A program made the translations under genes and the position numbers. This document shows positions 57,976 to 64,000 of a DNA stretch of 64,000 nucleotides, in pieces. Source of the DNA: Candidatus Aminicenantes bacterium. GTDB lineage: Bacteria > Acidobacteriota > Aminicenantia > Aminicenantales > Aminicenantaceae. How positions within the stretch are numbered: position 1 is the first letter of the stretch; every line of letters begins with the position of its first letter. The stretch lies in assembly GCA_011049545.1 (NCBI GenBank), contig DRHQ01000056.1, forward strand, positions 2,693 to 66,692. Direction: 5' to 3'. The notes under the pieces were generated by a model. It saw only the letters and a list, made by a program, of their open reading frames with translations, was not told the DNA's origin and made no database searches.

Positions 57976-58152
57976 ATGAAATTATGTTTCTGTCGTTTTT
58001 TGTTATCTGCAGGCATCTTCGTTGTTGCCCTTGTCTGGTGGCCTGAAACCTGGGCAAAATGGGTTATTGTTGTTGTCGCCGGCCTCATGGCCATCTTAAG
58101 TCTTTTTTTTAATGTATGCTGCTGTTCCATGAAGAAGAAGGAAGAGAAATAA
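57976..58152 (+). CDS. 58-aa two-TM membrane protein with Cys-rich termini
   Basis: Manual: AAGGAG RBS; MKLCFCRFLLSAGIFVVALVWWPETWAKWVIVVVAGLMAILSLFFNVCCCSMKKKEEK. Confidence 0.65.
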   Translation: MKLCFCRFLLSAGIFVVALVWWPETWAKWVIVVVAGLMAILSLFFNVCCCSMKKKEEK

Positions 58153-58374
58153 CTTTTTCTGTTCATAACCAGCCCAAGAAAAAAAGAATAGAGTAGTAGA
58201 ATCAGCACCTTCTCGGTTTCTCCGCATCCATGACATCCAGCCATCTGCACGCCCGTATATCTCCTATCTTGGCTTTATTATACTCAGACCTTAGCCTATG
58301 AAATGTCATGAGTTCCAAATTCTTTTTACACAAAACATGATATAATTTCGTATTACAATTAGAGGAAAGAACCT

Positions 58375-59631
58375 GTGATTAAAAACTATATCTTGATTGC
58401 AATCAGAAATCTGTGGAAAAGAAAGCTTTTTTCATTGATAAACGTCATCGGGCTTTCGGTGGGGATCGCCTGTTTTTTCCTCATCGCGGCAAACCTCATG
58501 GATGAGTTTTCCTACGACAATTTCCATGAGAACCAAGATAACTTATACCGTGTTGCCCTTAAAAGGATTTACCCTGATAACGTGGTCTACTATGCCATCA
58601 TCCCTTTCTCACTCGGTGAGGCCATGTTGAACGATTTTCCTGAAGTCGAGAATATGACTCGAGTCTTTAAGGTATTTCAGAAAGCAGTTTTTCGCTACGA
58701 GGACAAAACTTATGAAGAGGACAAGATCTTTTTTGTCGAGCCAAAGTTCTTCGAGATATTCAACATCCCTCTAGTCGAAGGAAATGCAACCCAGGTGTTT
58801 TCTAATCCGAATTCCCTGGTGATAACCCGGGATACAGCGCTTAAATATTTCGGGGACGAGAAAGCTTTGGGTAAAAACATCTCCACTCCCCAGGGGGAAT
58901 TCCTGGTGTCTGGTGTTTGTGAAAACGTGCCCAAGAATTCTCACCTGGAGTTTGATTTTGCTGCTTCTCTGAACTTATTGGATTTCAACAGACAACCGAA
59001 TTATGTGTCTTTTTCTGTGTATACCTATATCGTCCTGCGCGACGGTACTGACCCGGAGGGGATTGAGGACAAGATGCCGGCGCTTGTGGAGCATTACGCT
59101 GCTGGCCCTATTCAGGCAAGCTCAGGAATATCTTACAAGGAATACATTGCTGCCGGGAACGGCTACGACTACTTTCTGCAGCCCATCCGCGATATCCACC
59201 TCCGCTCCCACCTGACCAACGAAATGAAACCCAACGGGAACATTACCTATGTCTACATCCTGATCGCTATTGCCCTTTTCTTGATAGTCATCGCCTGTAT
59301 CGGTCTATTCGGACTTTCGACCTACATGGCCGAGCAGCGCACAAAGGAGGTCGGAATCCGTAAAGTACTGGGATCGACGGCTTCAAAGATTGTGGTTCTG
59401 ATGTCCAAAGATTTTGCAAAGCTGGTGGCTGTGGCTTTTCTGATCGCCGTACCAGTTGCTTATTATACCATGATCAAGTGGCTCCAAAGCTTTTCCTTCC
59501 GGACTAGTGTCCCGCTCTGGATATTTCTCCTGGCTGGAGTCGTAGCTTTGGTAGTGGCTCAGTTCACTATCAGCTTTCAGGCTTTGAAAGCGGCCAACTC
59601 CAACCCAGCCGACTCCCTTCGCTTCGAATAA
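58375..59631 (+). CDS. MacB/FtsX-family ABC permease, half-length
   Basis: FSLINVIGLSVG.AC, periplasmic core, LQPIRDIHL, AEQRTKEVGIRKVLG, NPADSLRFE. Confidence 0.8.
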   Translation: MIKNYILIAIRNLWKRKLFSLINVIGLSVGIACFFLIAANLMDEFSYDNFHENQDNLYRVALKRIYPDNVVYYAIIPFSLGEAMLNDFPEVENMTRVFKVFQKAVFRYEDKTYEEDKIFFVEPKFFEIFNIPLVEGNATQVFSNPNSLVITRDTALKYFGDEKALGKNISTPQGEFLVSGVCENVPKNSHLEFDFAASLNLLDFNRQPNYVSFSVYTYIVLRDGTDPEGIEDKMPALVEHYAAGPIQASSGISYKEYIAAGNGYDYFLQPIRDIHLRSHLTNEMKPNGNITYVYILIAIALFLIVIACIGLFGLSTYMAEQRTKEVGIRKVLGSTASKIVVLMSKDFAKLVAVAFLIAVPVAYYTMIKWLQSFSFRTSVPLWIFLLAGVVALVVAQFTISFQALKAANSNPADSLRFE

Positions 59632-59664
59632 AATTGGGTCACAATAATTAAGGGATTTATTAAG

Positions 59665-61314
59665 ATGAAAGCCTGTTTAAAAGATATAGCCGAGGATTAT
59701 TTTAATTTCCTGGCTAAATCCTTCCCTGTTATGTGTGCCAGCGATGAATTCCATTTTCTTCCCCGGGCCCAAGCCGCGGGAAAATATTTAGACCGGATGG
59801 AAGACCTTCAGAAGGGCTCTATCTTTGATACCATCTCCTTTCTGAAGGAATTTCGGAATGGACTTGACGGCCTTTCCATCCACGAAAGTGAAATCGAAGA
59901 GTACACTGACCTCGAATTATTAAAATCCAGTGTTGCTGGTGCCCTGGTTGAGCTGGAAGTGTACCAGCCCTGGCGGCATAATCCTTTATTGTATTTGAAG
60001 ATAGCTTTTATAGGTCTTGATCAGACCATTAACAAACCCGCTTCCGGTGAAAATGAGAGGCGGGGAAGAATTCAGGCCCGCCTCGAGGGGATCCCTCGAC
60101 TTTTGAGGCAGGCTATGAATAATTTGGAGGAAGTGCCTGAAACTTATCTCCAAGCCGCCCGAGCCATGCTGAAAGATGGCAGGCTTTATCTCCAGGAGAT
60201 AGGCAGCTCTCAAGCTGAGAGGGCTCCACTCGCCAGCATGAAAATCATTCATAAAACTTTGGATTCTCTAAATATCTTCGATAGGTTTTTAGGAGAGATC
60301 ATCCCTGTCCCTGATCGGATTATTTTTAGTCCGGCAATTAAGGAAAACTTGAAAGATTATTATTTTTCTTTCCGTACTTTGCCCGAAATATCCCAGTTAG
60401 CAGAGCAGGAGGCCCAGGAGTGCTTGATGGAGCTTGAGAAACTAGGCTCAAAGGTTGACCCTGAGAAATCCTGGCTTGAGCTTTATGATTCCTACCTGCC
60501 GGGTGAGCTGGATAAAATAGGCACCATGTCGCTTTATGACCGCGAAATAGAAAGCTTGAGTCTCTTTTTCCAAGAAAACGGTTTCGCCGAGACCGGCATG
60601 CAGACATCTTTTGAGCTGTGCGAAACTCCTACCTACCTGAGGTCGATCCGCAGTTCAGCCTCCTTCAGCGCTGCTTTAAATACCTCCGCCGGAGAAAAGG
60701 ATCTCTTTTACATAACCACTAACATGCCAGGTAAGGGAAGTCAGGCAGAAAAAGAATCTCAGAAGAAGAGGCTGCACCGCGAGTATAAATTCCTCTCTGC
60801 GCATGAGGTTGTTCCCGGGCATCATCAGCTTGATTATGAGCGAAGAAAACAGAAAAACCTTATACGTAGACAGATTGAATCTCCTCTTTTTTATGAGGGG
60901 TGGGCCTCTTATGCCGAAACCTTGTTAAGCGAATACGGTTATGTGGAAGATCCTCTTGATAGACTTGTAGATTATAAACGCAGGTTGTGGAGAGTCGCCA
61001 GATGCAAGATAGACCTGGGCTTAAACGCAGGAAACCTTTCCCGGAAAGAAGCCCTGCAAACTTTGACGGAGATGGGATTTACTCCAGGGGAGGCAGAGAG
61101 GCAGGTGAATCGGATTCAATTGAATCCAGGATACCAATTGTGCTATTTTCTTGGCCGTTATGAAATAATGAACTTGAGGAAGTGCTGCAAAAAACAGTTG
61201 GAGTTGGGACGTTTTCATCAACTGCTTTTGGAGGGAGGAGAATTGCCTTTTCGGTTGATCGAAAAACGACTCAAGGCCTTTGATATGGACAGCACTCAAT
61301 CTGAGGAGGAGTAG
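59665..61314 (+). CDS. DUF885 family protein (metallopeptidase-like), no signal peptide
   Basis: AHEVVPGHH, EGWASYAE, PGYQLCY.LG. Confidence 0.85.
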   Translation: MKACLKDIAEDYFNFLAKSFPVMCASDEFHFLPRAQAAGKYLDRMEDLQKGSIFDTISFLKEFRNGLDGLSIHESEIEEYTDLELLKSSVAGALVELEVYQPWRHNPLLYLKIAFIGLDQTINKPASGENERRGRIQARLEGIPRLLRQAMNNLEEVPETYLQAARAMLKDGRLYLQEIGSSQAERAPLASMKIIHKTLDSLNIFDRFLGEIIPVPDRIIFSPAIKENLKDYYFSFRTLPEISQLAEQEAQECLMELEKLGSKVDPEKSWLELYDSYLPGELDKIGTMSLYDREIESLSLFFQENGFAETGMQTSFELCETPTYLRSIRSSASFSAALNTSAGEKDLFYITTNMPGKGSQAEKESQKKRLHREYKFLSAHEVVPGHHQLDYERRKQKNLIRRQIESPLFYEGWASYAETLLSEYGYVEDPLDRLVDYKRRLWRVARCKIDLGLNAGNLSRKEALQTLTEMGFTPGEAERQVNRIQLNPGYQLCYFLGRYEIMNLRKCCKKQLELGRFHQLLLEGGELPFRLIEKRLKAFDMDSTQSEEE

Positions 61315-61317
61315 AAA

Positions 61318-62709
61318 ATGGAAGATTTCTTCGGATATCACTCCGAATGGAACCTCGGAAGCCCGGGCGGATGGGATTACCAGCGCACTACCCAGATAAT
61401 AGGTAAAGAGGTTTGGATAAAGCTGAATGAGATTCAGTCCATAGGAGTCGATCTGGATATGGACCATCCGCTGTTTTTTCCCTTAAATAGTTTTACAGAA
61501 ATGCTTGTTCAGGTACACAAGACACTAGCTGGCAACAATCCCGGTTTGATCGCAGTCGTTGCTGAAGAAGAAACTCTGGAGAGCGTAACCGAAAACCGGA
61601 ACCTTGCCCAACAGCTAAGTTCAATTGAAGGGATTACAGGAGTGCTGATGGCTCCGCAGGAACTTGAGCTCAAAGATTCAAAAGTCTCCTGGCGTGGCCG
61701 CCCTGTGTCCGTGCTTTTTGTGGATTTTAACACTGACGTGCTTGTCTCCCTTCACCACAAACACGACCTAACCCCGCTTCTTCAGGCTGTAAGAGAAAAC
61801 CGCGTCATCAACCCGCGGGGGACTGAACCGATAAACGTCAAAAGCATGTTCGAAGTTATTTCCGGCCCTATGAGTGATCGGTTTCACCCTGAAATCGTAA
61901 GGCGTACCCCCTGGACTCGGCAGTTCCATCCACGCATGACCTCCGGGCCCGGGGGTGAAGATATAAAAAATCTTATAGAGTGGACCCGGTCTAACTGGGA
62001 GAACCTTGTGCTTAAACCGGAGAGAGGTTATTCCGGCCAGGGGGTGTGTTTAAGTGAGATGAAAATAGAGGCCGATGAAGCAGTGAACCTGGCATTGAGC
62101 AAAGGAAATTATATCGTCCAGAAAAAAATCCCCCTTCATCTTTGGGCAGAAGATATCCCCGTTTTAAATCGCGATAAAAAAGAGATCACCATCGAGAGTT
62201 ATCAAACGGATTTCCGCTCGATCGTTGGTGCTCAGGGTCTGTTCGGATTCCTTTGTCGATTTGGAGGTGTTCCCACAAACGTTGGAAGCGGAGGGGGAGT
62301 GCAGCCGCTGGCTGTACTTCGTTCTGACTTGAGTGTAAAGGAAGCGGCCGACCGTATTAATGATGCTATCCTTAATATAGGTTACGACAATCTATTACAG
62401 GTTATTGAGATGCAAGAAAAAATGTCAAAGGATCATGATTTCACATATCTTCTCGGCCCGATTAAGATAGCTATAAGGCCAAGATTACTAACCTCGCAAC
62501 AGCTTGCCGCCTTGGAAAGATACTGTACTGCATTGTGGTCAGACTGTTTGACCCTGGAGAAGATGTGGCTTGCGGGTGAGCTTGACGAGATGATCTGTAT
62601 GTCAGAGGAGGAACTTAAAATTGCCCGTATGCAGCCCTGGCGCGGGGGGGCAGCCATTTTTGCATCCGACGGTCTTTTTAATTTCGGAACCATAAAGGAG
62701 ATCTCATGA
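61318..62709 (+). CDS. Glutathionylspermidine-synthetase-like ATP-grasp ligase, permuted
   Basis: EWNLGSPGG (ExN), LVLKPERGYSGQGV, YIVQKKI, NVGSGGG; C-terminal SDGLF. Confidence 0.65.
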   Translation: MEDFFGYHSEWNLGSPGGWDYQRTTQIIGKEVWIKLNEIQSIGVDLDMDHPLFFPLNSFTEMLVQVHKTLAGNNPGLIAVVAEEETLESVTENRNLAQQLSSIEGITGVLMAPQELELKDSKVSWRGRPVSVLFVDFNTDVLVSLHHKHDLTPLLQAVRENRVINPRGTEPINVKSMFEVISGPMSDRFHPEIVRRTPWTRQFHPRMTSGPGGEDIKNLIEWTRSNWENLVLKPERGYSGQGVCLSEMKIEADEAVNLALSKGNYIVQKKIPLHLWAEDIPVLNRDKKEITIESYQTDFRSIVGAQGLFGFLCRFGGVPTNVGSGGGVQPLAVLRSDLSVKEAADRINDAILNIGYDNLLQVIEMQEKMSKDHDFTYLLGPIKIAIRPRLLTSQQLAALERYCTALWSDCLTLEKMWLAGELDEMICMSEEELKIARMQPWRGGAAIFASDGLFNFGTIKEIS

Positions 62710-63485
62710 ATATCAAAGTTGATCCCGACTGGTGGAAGAAAATATTTGATGAGGTCTATCTTCTCACGGATGCCCGTTCGGTATGCGATGAGGAACTCAC
62801 CCGTCAAGAGGTAGACCTTATCTTAGAGATGCTGCCGGTTCGGCCGCAACATAAGATCCTTGATCTTTGCGGAGGCCATGGCCGACACAGTTTGGAGCTG
62901 TTCGCTCGGGGTTTTACAGGGGGCACAATGCTGGATTATTCCAAGTATTTGATAGATCATGCCAGGTCAAATGCCGAGATAAAGAATTATCGAATTAAAC
63001 TTATCCAAAGAGATGCAAGGGACACGGGATTACCCTCAGAAAGTTTTGATCATGTGCTTATCCTGGGAAATTCCCTGGGATATATTGCTGAATCCGAGGC
63101 TGACGCGCTGATTCTGCAAGAAGCTAAACGCGTGCTGAAGAAAAAAGGATGGATATTGATCGATGTGACCGATGGGAGCAAGGTCGAAGAGACCTTGACG
63201 CCTACCGCCTGGCATGAAATTGATGCAGATAAAGTAGTGTGCCGTCAACGGGAGCTTGTGGGCAAAAGAGTTGACGCGCGGGAACTTGTCCTTAGCAAGA
63301 AAGAAGGATTAATTCGAGACTCGACCTATTCCATTCGCATATATAGGCCCGGGGAACTTGCGGCGATGATGGAAAAAGCAGGGTTCAAGAAAGTCAGAGT
63401 TCAAAACGACTTTCGCGCCCACAAGGATAAGGGTGATTATGGATTTATGAACCGCCGCATGCTGGCCATCGGCCGCAAGCTCTGA
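62706..63485 (+). CDS. Class I SAM-dependent methyltransferase
   Basis: ILDLCGGHGRH motif I, FDHV, GNSLGY; ATGA overlap with upstream gene. Confidence 0.9.
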   Translation: MNIKVDPDWWKKIFDEVYLLTDARSVCDEELTRQEVDLILEMLPVRPQHKILDLCGGHGRHSLELFARGFTGGTMLDYSKYLIDHARSNAEIKNYRIKLIQRDARDTGLPSESFDHVLILGNSLGYIAESEADALILQEAKRVLKKKGWILIDVTDGSKVEETLTPTAWHEIDADKVVCRQRELVGKRVDARELVLSKKEGLIRDSTYSIRIYRPGELAAMMEKAGFKKVRVQNDFRAHKDKGDYGFMNRRMLAIGRKL

Positions 63486-63537
63486 GGTTGAGGACGGAAA
63501 TGTCTGCTTCGGAGTGTCGCTGGAAACTATCTCAGGT

Positions 63538-63927
63538 TTATTTCGGATTTCTCTTCATGAAGAAAATAACCGCAAGAACGATAAAAACAATACTTTGAAT
63601 CAACAGAAACATATTCCATGCGTAACCCTCGACTATCAGGTTTACCAATACTCCTTCTAAGCCGAATAGCAAAAAAACAAGCGCTACGACTGACATAGCT
63701 CCAGACATTGCTTTCTTATCTGTTAAGCTTCGCATCCAGAAAGCAAAGATTCCCAGGCAAATTTGGGCTATAGCTAACGACATATGGGTTGAAATAAGAG
63801 ACGGATTAATGGATTCAGAAGGAGTATTCAATAATTTCATTAGCGCCTCAGGGGCGAACAACCCAAACAGGCCCCAGACCCCTGCGACCACCACAGGAAT
63901 CAAAAGCAGGTTTTTCTGTAGTTTCAT
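63538..63927 (-). CDS. Small four-TM hypothetical membrane protein
   Basis: Hydrophobic helices; AAAGGAGG RBS. Confidence 0.65.
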   Translation of the reverse strand: MKLQKNLLLIPVVVAGVWGLFGLFAPEALMKLLNTPSESINPSLISTHMSLAIAQICLGIFAFWMRSLTDKKAMSGAMSVVALVFLLFGLEGVLVNLIVEGYAWNMFLLIQSIVFIVLAVIFFMKRNPK

Positions 63928-64000
63928 TTTACACCTCCTTTGTTTAAATAAACTAAGAAAGACGGCGAATCTTAGTAGAGTATTATGAAGCGAATCTTGA

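Overview
Bacterial chromosomal window from an anaerobe-like diderm (lptB and lipA present; gene style suggests an Aminicenantes/deltaproteobacteria-like sediment organism, inference only). The right end (51.5-56.4 kb) is core genome: tRNA-Val(CAC), an acidic zinc-ribbon/RDD-like protein, lptB, ogt, a metallophosphoesterase, lipA and rpsU. Nearly everything left of the tRNA looks like a tandem array of integrase-less islands, delimited by three decaying copies of the tRNA-Val 3' end (about 3473, 26693, 28563) with arm-type direct repeats nearby. Island A (3.6-26.5 kb) is a co-directional cluster for which I know no characterised equivalent: seven PQQ-like beta-propeller proteins, an NHL propeller with vicinal Cys, two Tat-motif Fe-S proteins, a NapH-like membrane Fe-S protein, a fused HydC/HydB (NuoE/F) flavoprotein, a GltD-like partner lacking its NADP(H) domain, a CxxC-bearing GT4 glycosyltransferase and a MacB/Lol-type ABC system. 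Island B is a single exported amidohydrolase. Island C (28.6-51.5 kb) is a mosaic amine-catabolism island: two pyrrolysine-free MttB homologues, a pyrrolysine-free MtmB homologue, a corrinoid protein, TMADH-like and PuuB-like flavoenzymes, duplicated APC permeases, ALDH, a class-III aminotransferase and MmsA. Remnants of an IS91-like element end occur at several block junctions. A DUF885 + re-permuted ATP-grasp ligase + methyltransferase operon lies at 59.7-63.5 kb. No CRISPR array, rRNA or intact integrase/transposase was seen. All family calls are by motif recognition, not database search.
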